A stretch of 64,000 bases of DNA from Octopus vulgaris (taxonomy: Eukaryota). Under the pieces are notes generated by a model that made no database searches, was not told the origin of the DNA, and was given only the letters and a program-made list of their open reading frames with translations. This document shows positions 40,752 to 54,519 of this stretch, piece after piece. The stretch lies in NCBI GenBank assembly GCA_951406725.2, contig OX597827.1, forward strand, positions 1,116,001 to 1,180,000. Reading direction: 5' to 3'. Position numbers and translations under genes: made by a program. The stretch's first letter is position 1. Each line of letters begins with the position of its first letter.

Positions 40752-41574
40752 GTATGTATGTATGAATTATAATTGCGTGCGCTCACACACAAACACACAC
40801 AACCTGGTGCAGGCATGGTTTTGAAACTTGCTTCCCGACCACAAGATTTTTAGCATCAGTGGGTATGCATTTGTCTTCAACTAGAGTCACAGGCTGACCA
40901 AAGCCTTGTGAGTGGATTTGGAAGAGAGAAACTGAAAGAAGCCCATATAAATGTTTGAAAGAAAGAGGGCAGAATGTGTATATATACAAATATACACACA
41001 ATATGTGTGTTTTGCTGTGTTTGTTCCTTCTTGAGCTATGCCTGACTCATAAGGGCCAGTTTTCCGGTTTCTTTGGCATATAGGTTCCCCACCTGGATGG
41101 GATGCTGGTCTGTCGCAGGAGAGCTGCTAGATGCAGGAGGAAAGAGTGAGAGAAAGTTGTGGCGAAAGAATCAGCAGAAGTTCACCATTATCTTCTACTC
41201 GAGCTGCGTAGAGCTTAGGTATTTTTGCTCATAAACACACACATCGCCCGGTCTGAGATTCGAACCTGCGATCCCTCGACCGCGAGTCCGCTGCTCTAAC
41301 CACTAGGCCATGTGCCTCCACATGTGTGTGTGTGTGCATATCAGTGTTTGTGACTACCCTTGTCTTCGCCACATGTGATGATTATAAATGAGCATCACCA
41401 TCATACAAGCAATGTTCTTCATTTCCAGTCTTCCATGGAAAACATTTCTGGCCATGAAGAAATATTACTTTGCTTGGTGACAGGTGACGATTGGTGACAG
41501 GGAGGACATCCAGTCATAGAAAATCTACCACAACAAATTCCATTAAACCAATGCAAGCATGGCAAAAGTTACAA

Positions 41575-41787
41575 TAACCCTTTTGATACGAACACGGCTG
41601 AAACCGGCTCTGGCTCTGTAGTACAAATGCTTTGAATTTAAATCTTCCACCAAACCTTAGTCACAATTTATGTTCCTAACACTGGCTGAATGATAACTAA
41701 GATATTTTACTAAATTCTTTGTTATATTTAAAATAATTAAAAGAAACAATGAGCATCTCAAAATATTTATGTTAATGAAGGGGTTAA
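41575..41787. mobile_element. piggyBac-like MITE (second family)
   Basis: taacccttt ... aaggggttaa termini. Confidence 0.6.
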
Positions 41788-42540
41788 ATGATGAAATGAT
41801 GGGGATGCCATATAAATCTCACTCACACATTCTAGTTTGGCATTGTGTCTATGGCCTGATGCTGTTCCTAGTGCCAACCATTTTACAGAATGTATTACAG
41901 TGACATGTCTTCAGCATAACTTCTTTACATGCATTTCACCATCATCATCATTTTAACATCTACTTTTCCATGGTTACATGGGTTGGAAGTTTTCTGAAGC
42001 AGACTTTCTACTTGCTTGAGGTACCATTTAGTGGTACTTTAATCTGAAACCATGTAGTTGAGAAGCAAACTTTTTACCACATGACTATGCCTGCACCTGA
42101 ATGTGTATAGGAGAAAATAGAAAGAGTGAGGGCAAAGAGAAAAAGTGAGAAAATGTAGGACACAATGTGGGTGTGTTGTATTTCCAGGAAGGACTTTTTG
42201 CAAATGAGTGCATATATGGATGTGCATGTATAATTATACATACCTGAATAAATACAGGGTACGCTTGAATGTATATGTATGTATGTTTGTGTAAGTATAT
42301 TTAGGGATGCAAATGCACGCATGTATATGTGTGTGCCTGTGTATATATGGAAATACGTGTGTATACCTGTGTTCATGCACATGTGTGTGTGTATGTTTAT
42401 ATATATATATTCACATACATGAATACATACCTACATTTAATATATATATATTTAGAAACCAGTCAGTCTCTTATAGATGTATGCATGTGTGTAAATTTCT
42501 ATATATGTACAAAAAAAGACAATGATATCTATCTATCCCT

Positions 42541-42577
<37 letters not shown>

Positions 42578-42592
42578 TATGTATGTATGATT

Positions 42593-42678
<86 letters not shown>

Positions 42679-42700
42679 CATACATGCATGTGTTTTTATA

Positions 42701-42743
<43 letters not shown>

Positions 42744-43419
42744 TACATACATGCATTTCTATATATGTATATTGAGATATACATTGCATATAAATGAGAT
42801 GATATTTTATACTTCATTTTTACAATTCGATCAGTAAAGTCTTCAGACAGAACGGAAACTCTTACAAATGTTTGTGTAAAAGCATAAAATTCTTACACAC
42901 ACACACAGAAAAAAAAAGAATAAAAAATCTCTTAAAGACAGGAACTGTCCCAGACTTAATGCCATCATAAAATTTTGATGTCTAAGCAGCTTATATCATA
43001 TTATATGGTCAAGTAATAAAAACAATGAAGGATGTCATAAAAAAAAAAAGGAAATTTGTAGGATATCATATAAATTGTGATATGACATATGAGGTAGTTG
43101 TCATAAAAATGTAAAATTGTATCCAATAAAAATGTTATGGTGCTTCTGATTGCCATAGTTAACTGATTGATCTGGTCCAGACAAATATGACAAATGGAGA
43201 AAGTTAAAGCTAAAGCTGTGTGGTTATGAACTGTGCACTGCAACCCTCTGGTTTCAGGTTCAGTACTATTGCATGGTAGCCTTAGGCTAGTGTTTTCTGC
43301 AACAGAGGTCCAAGCCCTGGTTGACCGATACCTTTGTGAGTGAATGTGAACTTGGTTGATTGCAACTGGGTAAAGCTTGTTGCATATATAACCACACACA
43401 CACACACAATATATATATA

Positions 43420-43638
43420 TATGAAGGGGTGCTGAAAAGTTCCTGGCTTTAAGGGTATCACAAAAAGCATGGCTGGAGGCCCAACCTTCTGAGTTCTTTT
43501 ACAGGGTTTAGAAAAACTGAAGGACCACTAGTAATAAGTGTGTGAATCTGAGAGGGGACTATGTTGAATAAAATCACAATTAACTGATCCTCCTCTATTT
43601 TCTTTTACCCAAAACCAGGAACATTTCAGCACCCACCG

Positions 43639-43640
<2 letters not shown>
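43420..43640. mobile_element. Tc1/mariner-type MITE, complete
   Basis: TIRs gaaggggtgctgaaaagttcctgg / ccaggaacatttcagcacccaccg, inserted in a TA run. Confidence 0.85.
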
Positions 43641-43706
<66 letters not shown>

Positions 43707-43709
43707 TAT

Positions 43710-43773
<64 letters not shown>

Positions 43774-43789
43774 ATATACACACGCTTGG

Positions 43790-44190
43790 ATGGCAACGAT
43801 CAGACCGTGATTGTTGCCAGAGTGGCTAACTGGTATCCATGCCGGTGGCACGTAAAAAGCACCATTCAAGCATGATTGTTACCAGAGTCGCCTTACTGGC
43901 CTTTGAGCCGGTGTGTAGGTGGCACGTAAAAAAAAAAAAACCATTTGGGCGTGGCCATTGCCAATACCACCTGACTGGTCCTTGTGCTAGTGGCACATAA
44001 AAGCACTCACTACACTTTCAGAGTGGTTGGCGTTAGGAAGGGCATCCAGCTGTAGAAACTCATCCAGATCAAGATTGGAGCCTGGTGCAACCATCTGGTT
44101 CGCCAGACCTCGGTCAAATAGTTCAACTCATGCTAGCATGGAAAGCAGACGTTAAACAATGATGATGAGGAGGATGATGAACGATGATGA
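43790..44190 (+). mobile_element. RTE LINE 3' tail
   Basis: Three tggcac(g/a)taaaa units, conserved ggaagggcatccagctgtagaaac segment, (GAT)n end; shorter copy at 52730-52980. Confidence 0.8.
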
Positions 44191-44706
44191 TACACACACA
44201 TACACATGTCTGTGTTTATGTTTGTTACCCCACCACTTAACAATCAGTGTTGGTTTGTTTATGTCCCCGTAACTTAGCAATTCATCAAAAGAGGCCAAGA
44301 GAATAGGTAAAAAAACTTTTTAAAAAAATATCCTAAATACTGAGGACAAGTGTTTGACTAAACCCTTCAAGGCAGTACTCCAGCATGACCACAGTCCAAT
44401 AACTGAAACAAGTAAAATATAAAAGACATATGTTTCTATATTCCTACATGTGTTGACAGGTAGACAATGCATTGACCACAGCTTGGGCAGTGGTAACATG
44501 TTTATACCCTGCATAAACAATATGTCCTGTTGTTCGTTGGTTCCAGCACATGATGACCAATAGGATAAGAATATCTTCCTTAAACGTAAGCAAAGGTTAG
44601 CAATGGAAATGCTATCAGTCTAAAGAATACTGCCCCAAAAAGATCACATCCAATCCATACTAGTACACCAAAGAAGACATAAAGCAAAAGCGATGATGAT
44701 GATGAC

Positions 44707-44742
<36 letters not shown>

Positions 44743-44785
44743 ATGAAAGTGTATGTTTGTGAATATGTATGTAGATACTATATGT

Positions 44786-44825
<40 letters not shown>

Positions 44826-44827
44826 GT

Positions 44828-44880
<53 letters not shown>

Positions 44881-44988
44881 TATATACAAACATAATATAT
44901 ATACATATATATATACATACATAAATATATATACATAAATATGTATACAGACATAAATATATATACAAACATACATATATATATACAC

Positions 44989-45041
<53 letters not shown>

Positions 45042-45206
45042 TGTATGTAAGCATAGGCAAAGGCTGTACGGATGGAAAATATGAAAAAGACACATCTACA
45101 TAGACATGCACGCAGCATATATGCAGATACAAACATATACATGCACAAAAACATATACACACAGAGAAACATATACATGCATATATACAAACACACATGC
45201 ACACAT

Positions 45207-45253
<47 letters not shown>

Positions 45254-46116
45254 CACACACACACACACACATGCACACACACACACATGCACAAACTATA
45301 AAAAATATATAGAAGTAGACTAACAAGTAGGTAGACAGACATTTAAGTCAGACAGAAATGTGCGTAGATGGACATTTCTATCAAGAAAGATTTTTCAAAG
45401 AAAATTGAACCAGTCAAATGATGGAAGAAAACCAAATTACAGTGAAAGAAGGAAAAAACAAAATTAAATTATTGTGCTTGTTTGCGTATATGTGGATACG
45501 CATGTTAATGGCACACACACTGACACACACACATATGTACACAGGTTTTTGTGAGTGTGGGTTTGTATATGTACATGCATGCACATTATTATGTATGTGT
45601 GAGTATGTGTGTGTGTGCGTATATACATTCATACATACATACATATACAGTTGTTTGTTTAACCTGTTGAATGTATGTACGTATATGAGTATATAGGTAT
45701 TCCTGTATGTAAGAGTTACATATATATAATATATGTATATACTATATATATATACACATATATATGTATGTATATGTAGACATACTATATGCATCAATTG
45801 AATATTCAAACGTATACCTATAAATGTACATAATTAAAGGCTTATGACTATATACACACATATATACATTTATATATACATCCAAGTCTATACACACACA
45901 GACACACAAACAGATGCACGCACACTCACACACACATGTAATCATTAACTTCAAGCTACATTCACTCACACTCTCATACACATACACACATCTATATATG
46001 CCAAGATACTCACAGTCTCACAGGTATAACATACACATCATTACTTGCAAACAGTTATCTATTCCAATAACTTTATACATACCTACCAACACAAATACAT
46101 GCCACAATGCATACAT

Positions 46117-46147
<31 letters not shown>

Positions 46148-46192
46148 CATACACATATATATGTATACATACATACATACACATATATACTT

Positions 46193-46229
<37 letters not shown>

Positions 46230-46270
46230 CACATATATATGTATACATACATACATACACATATACACTT

Positions 46271-46305
<35 letters not shown>

Positions 46306-46364
46306 CATACACATATACACTTATATATATATATATATATATATACATACATACACATATACAC

Positions 46365-46395
<31 letters not shown>

Positions 46396-46427
46396 CATAC
46401 ACACACACACACATATATATATATATG

Positions 46428-46474
<47 letters not shown>

Positions 46475-47564
46475 TTATATATATATATTTATATTTCTTT
46501 CTGCATGTGTGTTTGAGCAGTCGTTGTAAGAAAAAGTGATAATATTTTATCAGTCTCCACAGTGTACATAAAAACGGTAAGCAGGAAATCTTGCAGATAA
46601 CATGGTTAGTTATTAGTGGAACATTGTAGCGATAAAGAAAATGGCAGCGCTAAGCCAGCAGAAATGTTAGTCTGCTGGACTAAATTCATTGCTTCTATTT
46701 AGTTCCAAGTTGAAATTTCATTGAGATTGATTTAAACTCCATTCCTTGTTTGAGGGAGAGAGAGAGGAGGGGGAGTGAGGGAGGAGGATCTAAGACTTAG
46801 TCTTTTATTGTAATTCCATTAACATCTAGAATGCTTTGTAGGAATATTAAATCTATTGCTGTACTTGATTGTTATTTTATTTTATCAACTTTGGAAGAAT
46901 GAGAATCAGAGACATAGTTTCAGTCCCCTATTTATAATTTCAACCACATCTAGCACGTTTTTTTCTGTTTTTAGAAATATTAAGTTTCCCCCAGTATTTG
47001 ACTGGTACTTAACACTGAAGGACCGATATTTTGAAGGATGGAAAGCAAAGTAATCTTTGATAATAATTCTTCCATTCCCAACCATAGATAGAGATGTGGC
47101 TGTGTGACTGAGGAGCTTCTTCCACAAATGAGGGGTCTTGGGTTCAGTCCTGCAGCACGATGTGGAGGGCCATGTGGTTTAGTGGTTAGGGAACTCATCA
47201 TCTTAAGATTGTGGTTTCAATTCCTGAACTGGGAGATGGATTGTGCTCTTGAGCAAAACACTTCATTTCACATTGCTCCCGTCCACTCAGCTGGCAAAAA
47301 CGAGTAACCCTCAAAAATGAGGGACTTGCAACAAGAATGATATGCAGTCAATTACCGTAAGGTATTTTGTCCAAAGTTCTAATGGACTTTAATTACCATT
47401 AATATTCTTTCTTTTAATTATTTTGGTCATTCAACTATGGCCATGCACTACTTTACAGAGTTCTAGTAGAACACACTACTACTTATTTGTTTTGCTTTTT
47501 TTAACATCAGGTACTTATTCTATTGGTCTCTATTGCTGAACCACTAGGTTATGGGGATGTAAAC

Positions 47565-47887
47565 TAGGTGTTCTCAACCATTTTTATCACTGGACCCCTC
47601 TGATTACTATTCCATTCTGGTGCTCCCCCACCCCACCATATTCACTTGATGTTTAAAAACTAGTTTTATAGACATCTCTTTCAAAATCCTTGCTTTGTTT
47701 ACCACGCATTGCCTTGTGTTCACTGAACAATGCAAAACAGGGAAAGAAACCTGGCCGTTTCTTGCAATGAATACTTCTAAAGCAAAACCTTTTCACAGAC
47801 CCATAAAATACTATTGTGGAACCTATATACTCCTTTCTTTGTACGGACCCCAAAATTTCTTATATGGACTCCACTTGAGAACCAGTG
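47565..47887. mobile_element. hAT-type MITE inserted in a SINE A
   Basis: 8-bp TSD atgtaaac at 47557-47564 and 47888-47895; termini taggtgttctcaa / ttgagaaccagtg. Confidence 0.85.
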
Positions 47888-47984
47888 ATGTAAACAAACC
47901 AACACCGAATGTTAAGCAGTGGATAGGGGACAAAACACAGACACAAAGATACACACATTAACATCATTAACATTCTTTTCCTCG

Positions 47985-48408
47985 TTTATTCTTTTACTTA
48001 TTCCCATCATTTGACTGTGGCTATGCTGGAGCACTACATTAAAGGGATTTTAGTCAACGAAATCAACCCCAGGATTTAGTCTCTGTAAGCTTAGTACTTA
48101 TTCTATTGGTCTCTTTTGCTGAACTGCTAAGTTAGAGGGATGTAATCACACCAACATCAGTTACAAGCGGTGGTGGAGGCAAACACAGACAAAAACACAC
48201 ATAAATACACACACACATACACAAATACACACACACACACACACATACACACATACACGACAGGCTTCTTTCAGTTTCTCTCTACCAAATCCACTCACAA
48301 GGCTTTGGTTGGCCTGCATTATAATAAAAAAACACTTGCCCAAGGTGTCACACAGCAGGACTGAACCCAGAACCATGTGGTTGGGAAGCAAGGTTCTTCC
48401 CACGCCTC
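47985..48408 (-). mobile_element. SINE family A
   Basis: Family pattern with most CpGs decayed. Confidence 0.85.
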
Positions 48409-48901
48409 TTCTGATGTCCACTTTTCTATGATTGCAAGGATTAGATAGAAATTTGTTGAGGCAGATTTTCTACAGATGGATGCTCTTCCAATCACCAACC
48501 CTCACCTGCTTCCAACCAAGGTAATATTCCGCAGGACCAGACATGTCTTCCAAGAACCTCTCTTGTATGATGATGATGATGAGGATGATCACTAACAACC
48601 ATCATACAATGTCTAGACAATAGTACACACACATATGAACACATATATAATATATCTTTTATCGTTTGCATGTTTCACTCATTTTAACTGTGACCATGCT
48701 GGGGCACTGCCTTAAAGGGATTTAGTTGAACACATCGATCCCAGAAGTTTTTTTTTTAAAGCTGAGTACTTATTCTATCAGTGTCTTTTTGCTGAACTGT
48801 TAAGTTATGGGGACATAAATGCACCAACACCAGTTGTCAAATAGTGGTAGAGGACAAATACAGACACAAAGACACACACATACATACACACTCACATACA
48901 T

Positions 48902-48932
<31 letters not shown>

Positions 48933-48993
48933 TACATCCTATACATACATACATACATACATACATACATACATACATCCATACATACATACA

Positions 48994-49025
<32 letters not shown>

Positions 49026-49026
<1 letters not shown>

Positions 49027-49690
49027 GAGACAATGACAAGAGACCGAGACCTCTGGAGATATGCTGTAATTGAGAAGACTCAGCAAGTAAAGTGAGATCA
49101 CAGCCATAGCCTACACCAGTGTCGCATAACCACCCCATTTAAAACATACCTTTCAATTGTCAGGTAATATGCCATGCCTGGGAAACCTATTGAGTCAGGT
49201 AAAATCAAAAATCAAAATCAAACTCACAATCAGAATCTTAATCAAATCAAAATCAAAAATGGAAATTGTAGTTGTGGCCGATGTCAGTGCTGCCTGACTG
49301 GCTCCCGAGCTGGTGGCATGCAATAAGCACCATTCATGCGTGGGTAATTGCCAGTATTGTCTGACTGGCTCCCCATGCCGGTGGCACATAAAAAGCACAA
49401 TCCAAATGTGGTTGATGCCAGCCCTGACTGGCTCCTGTGCCAGGAGCACATAAAATGCACCCTCCAAATGTGGCTGATACCAGTGCTGCAAGACTGGCTC
49501 CCATGCTGGTGGCACATAAAAAGCACCCACTACACTCTCGGAGTGGTTGGCATTAGGAAGGGCATCCAGCTGAAGAAACATTGCCAGGTCAGATTGGAAC
49601 CTGATGCAGCCCCCTGGCTTGCCAGTCCCCAGTCAAACCATCCAACCCATGCCAGCATGGAAAACGGATGTTAAACGATGATGGTGATGA
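49026..49690 (+). mobile_element. 5'-truncated RTE LINE
   Basis: MTRDRDLWRYAVIEKT, 3'UTR with four ~65-bp units, (GAT)n tail; paralogous to 32270-32860. Confidence 0.85.
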
Positions 49691-51223
49691 TATATATATA
49701 AGGCGGCAAGCTGGCAGAATCCTTCACATGCCGGCCAGAATGCTTAGTGGTATTTCGGCTGCCATTACATTCTGAGTTCAAATTCCTCTGAGGTCGACTT
49801 TGCCTTTCATCCTTTTGGGGTCGATTAAATAAGTACCAGTTATGCACTGGGGTCGATGTAATTGGCGTAATCACTTTGTCCTTGTTTGTCCTCTCTGTGT
49901 TTAGCCTCATGTGGGCAATAAAGAAATAGATATATATAAGAGGCTTCTTTCAGTTTCCATCTACCAAATCCATTCACAAGGCTTTGGATGGCCCGAGGCT
50001 ATAATAGAAGACGCCCAAAGTGTAACACAGTGGGTCTGAACCCAGAACCATGTGGTTGGGAAGCAAGATTCTTACCATGCAGTCGTGCCTGGATGTATAG
50101 AGTGAAGGTAAAGAGAGCTCTGGGGTTAAACAAAGGACACCAATATGTTCATCCCTAACATAGCCACCACTACCTTAATAAGTACCAGGCTTGAAGAAAG
50201 ATAAGTTCTGGGGTCGATTCATTCAGCTAAAATTCTTCAAGATGCTGCCCAAAGCATGTCCACAGTTTAATCACTGAAACAAGTAAAAGATAAAACGAAA
50301 AACAAAATGAGATCAAATTCAGCAGAGGGCGCTACTGTGATCATTGAAATTGCTAAAAAAAGCAGCCAAATTATTTAAAATCCTACGATTTTGTTTTCAG
50401 AAAGGAAAGAAAAGAAAAGAAAAGGCAAGATCATATTGGATAATAATAGCCCATGGTTGGTATATTATGGTGTAAGAAGTAGGAAAGAGAAAAAACAAAA
50501 CAAGCTGGAATGTCTTTGATTATAGGTCTGCTCAGATAGGGAGGATAAAGGGAGACCTGGGGTTAACCAAAGGGCACCAATATGTCCATCCCCAAAACAA
50601 CCACTACTACCATCATTACCTCAAGAATTCCTCACCGACCACCACCACAGAGCTAAAACGTGGAGAAAAAGAAAGACAAATAAGAAATCCAAAGAGAAAG
50701 ATTGTCACATTAAGAAGAAAAAGATGAAGAGAAAAGGAAGAGGAGGATGAGGAGGAGGGGTAGACCAGAAAACAAGGAAGGAGAAGATGACAAAGGAAAA
50801 AGAACAAGAAGAAGAAGAAGGTGCAGAAGAAGAAAGAGGGGAGGAGGAGGAGGTGAAGAAGAAGAAGAAGAAGGGTGGAGCTGAGATGTGGAGGGATGAG
50901 TGGGAGAAGACAATATGGTGTAAAAGAGAAAAACCATTTCCTTGGAGAAGAAATATGAATTGGGTTCCATTTTCTTAGAAACACATTCTTTGTTCTGTTT
51001 TACACACACCTTTCCAACTTCTTTACAAATTGTTTGTTCATATATAAGTATTTCTTAAAGAAAAAAAATGTCAGTATGTATATGTATACATACACTCACA
51101 CATATATACATGTATAGGATGTATTGATTATATATATATATTGAATACACACACACATGTACATACATACAAGTATATATTCAAATGTCAATACTTATAT
51201 ATGTGCATTCAGAAAGATTAAAA

Positions 51224-51272
<49 letters not shown>

Positions 51273-51328
51273 TATTTGTGTGTCTGTGTATATATGTAGA
51301 AACATATAGATCTATGCGCATGTATGCA

Positions 51329-51367
<39 letters not shown>

Positions 51368-51594
51368 GCAGACACACATGCGCATATATTCAACATTGTT
51401 ATTCATTTTTAAGATAAATGAATATATATATATATATATATATATATTCATTACACACACACATACATGCATCATACACAAATGTATATTGCATCTCAGG
51501 ATGCACACACATATACAAAGTAAAAAGCATACATATATATTGTGTGATTCAGTTTGCACATATACACAGAAACACACACTCATACTCGAAGAAA

Positions 51595-51652
<58 letters not shown>

Positions 51653-52155
51653 TCCCAATCCTATAAAAAGGAAAAAAAAAACGAAATAATAACACATAAC
51701 ATAGAATTCTTGAGTATTTAAAAAAATTATTCATTTTTGTTGAAATCAAATCATTTATTGTATTCAGATTTAAAAAAATATTAGACTTTATGTTTATTCA
51801 TAACCAAAATCTAATAATTCTTACGACATGAATATTTTGCTGTGTTTTAATCATTTTAATAATATTGTCTATGAGATTTTTTTTAACATAATGCAGACTA
51901 ATTTGTACCATTCCTCTTGAATTGCTACAACAACAGATTCCTTGCTTTTAAAAGTCTGTTATATCCAGCTTTTGCTCAATGTTCTGTTATAAAACTTCTT
52001 GTTTAGACTCAGGTCAGCTCTGAGCAGATATATAACAATTAATGACATAGTGGTTCTCAACTGGGGTCCATATAATCTTTGGGCTCCATATAAGATTTCT
52101 GGGGGTCAACACAGAGAAAACAGTAAATTGGGCCCATAGTAGTATTCTATGGGTC

Positions 52156-52445
52156 TGTGGTGTTAGTGGTGTTATGGGCTGTTATGTGGTGTTGGTGGAG
52201 AGGATGACGGATGAGGTGGGCAGAAGTAAGGCTTGCAGGGGCCAGTGGAAGAGTGAAAGGGGCACGCGTGGGCAGGAAGCACGCATGGTCAGCAAGCACG
52301 CGTGGTGAGTTCCAGCAAAGATAGCAGAGCGACAGGACATGTTGAATTCATGAGAGAGACCACTGATTTCGCTAAGGTAAGGCCTTTTGTATTTCTTTCT
52401 CCCGTTGCTTCTTTTTCTGTTGTCCTTTTCCTCCATCACACTACA
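52156..52445. mobile_element. Solo LTR (290 bp) nested in a hAT-like MITE (~52048-52673)
   Basis: TG...CA termini (tgtggtg / cactaca) and perfect 5-bp TSD gggtc at 52151-52155 and 52446-52450. Confidence 0.85.
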
Positions 52446-53224
52446 GGGTCCACAAAAAATGTTTGCTTCAGAAGTAGTTTTTGCAACTGATAGCTAGGTT
52501 TTCAACATTTTACATTATTCTACCGACACAATTTAACGTATCATACACAAGATAGGAATTTTAAAAGAAGTGTCTATAAAACTAGTTTTTAAACATTGAG
52601 TGACTTTTGGGGTCCACTAGAATTGAATGATAATCAAAGGGGTCTATTGATTAAAATTGGTTGAGAAACACTGACCTATGACCATAACTGTTTTACCTGT
52701 GGTCATTCCATCTTTTCTTTTACTTTTAAGTCAAGTGAAATCATAGTTGTATCTGATGCTGGTGACACGTAACAGCATCTGTACCTGTGACAAGGGACCC
52801 ACTACACTCACAGAGTGGTTGGCATGTTAGGAAGGTCATTCAGCTGTAGAAACCATGCTAAAATCAGACTGGAACCTGAACCTGATGCAGCTCTACAGCT
52901 GACCAGTTCCAATCTAACCGTTTAACCCATGGCAGCCTGGAAAGCAGACAGTAAATGATGATGGTGATGATGATGATGAGTTCATCTAGAATTGTTCTCC
53001 TTTTTCTGACAGTAGGCTGTAGGATGTTTGGCTGGTATTTCTAGAAGGTCAACAGGCACAGGTGTGGTTGTGTGGTTAAGAAGCTTACTTTGCAACTGCA
53101 TAGTTTTGGGTTCAGTCCCAATGTACAGCACCCTGGGCAAATGTCTTAACAGCTGCAGCCCCAAACTAACCAACAGGATACAGAGTTTGGTAAACAGAAA
53201 GTATGTGGAAGACCATTATATAAA

Positions 53225-53260
<36 letters not shown>

Positions 53261-53339
53261 TGTATGTATGTATGTATGTATGTATGTATGTATGTATGTA
53301 TGTATGTATGTATGTATGTATGTATGTATGTATGTATGG

Positions 53340-53372
<33 letters not shown>

Positions 53373-53997
53373 TGTATGTATGTATGTATGTATGTATGTA
53401 TGTATTATGTATGTATGTATGTATATATGCATGTATATATATATGTATGTATATAATAGCTGAAGATTAACATCACGCTTTGAAACTTAAAGAACTAAAG
53501 GAATTTGAATCAAACTGTTTTGATCCATGTGTGTGTGTTTCCCTCACACTGCCACCTGGCAACCAGTGTTGGTCTGTTTACATCATAATTTTGCAGTTCA
53601 GTAAAAAAAAGTCCAACGGAGTCAGTACCAGATTTAATAAAACAAATAAGAACTAAGGTTGATTTGTTCAATTAAACTTTTCAAGGTGGTGCCCCAGCAT
53701 GGCCACATTCCAATGACTGAAGCAAAAAAATTATAAAGCAAAACCTCAAAAGCCCACAATATTGAAAACAGAAATAATAAAATAACAAATGTTTATAGGT
53801 AAATCAGAACACAAAGGGCAAAAGTCTTTGATGTTTTCTCTGCAGAGTTTCCAAAAAATGGTCAAAGAATCATAGTAAGAAGATTACGAATTTACCTCAG
53901 ACCTGTCATAAATGCTTGCAATGGAATATATTCTATCTACAAAAGGTACCTAAGGATATGAGGTGATGGAGTTATGAAAACAAATTTAGATTTTTAC

Positions 53998-54370
53998 AGG
54001 GCTGTGTGACAAGAAGCCTGCCTCCCAATCACATGGTTCTGGGTTCAGTCCCACTACATGGTACCTTGGGTTAGTGTCTTCTACTATAGCCTTGGGCTGA
54101 CCAAAGCCTTATGAGTGGATTTGGTAGGCAGAAACTGAAAGAAGCCCATCGTATATGTGTGTGTGTGTGTTTGTACCCTGCCAGTGCTTGACAACCAGTG
54201 TTGGTATATTTACATCTCCATAACTTAGCAGTTTGGCAAAAGACACCAGTACCAGGCTTAAAAACAAAAAAAAAACCCCACTAAATTCAGGGGTCGAGTC
54301 ACTTGACTAAAAATTCTTCAGGGCAATGTCCCAGCATCGATGCAGTCTAATGTCTGAAACATGTAAAAAG
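53998..54370 (+). mobile_element. SINE family A
   Basis: Forward head ggctgtgtgacaagaagc...ggttcagtccca and full body. Confidence 0.85.
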
Positions 54371-54437
54371 CAAGAAAAAACAAAAACAAATTTTATATTA
54401 AATTTTATCAAAACCAACAGCTTTAATGAGAACTGGA

Positions 54438-54519
54438 GTTCTGGAATTTTCTGGCTGATGAGACTCAACATGTTGAAACAACAGCATCGCAGAATGCTGT
54501 GTGCCAATGAGCCAAGAGT
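54438..54519 (+). ncRNA. Type I hammerhead ribozyme-like fold, probably inactivated (G at position 17)
   Basis: tgg-CTGATGA-GAC tcaacat GTT-GAAA-C-a-ACAGCAT cgcaga ATGCTGT-GT-G-cca; all three helices can be drawn. Confidence 0.6.

Noticed and set aside
49280-49535. CRISPR-like repeat/spacer appearance of the ggtggcacgtaaaaagcacc units
   Set aside because: The intervening sequences are homologous to each other, the array lies in a LINE 3'UTR, the context is eukaryotic and there are no cas genes.
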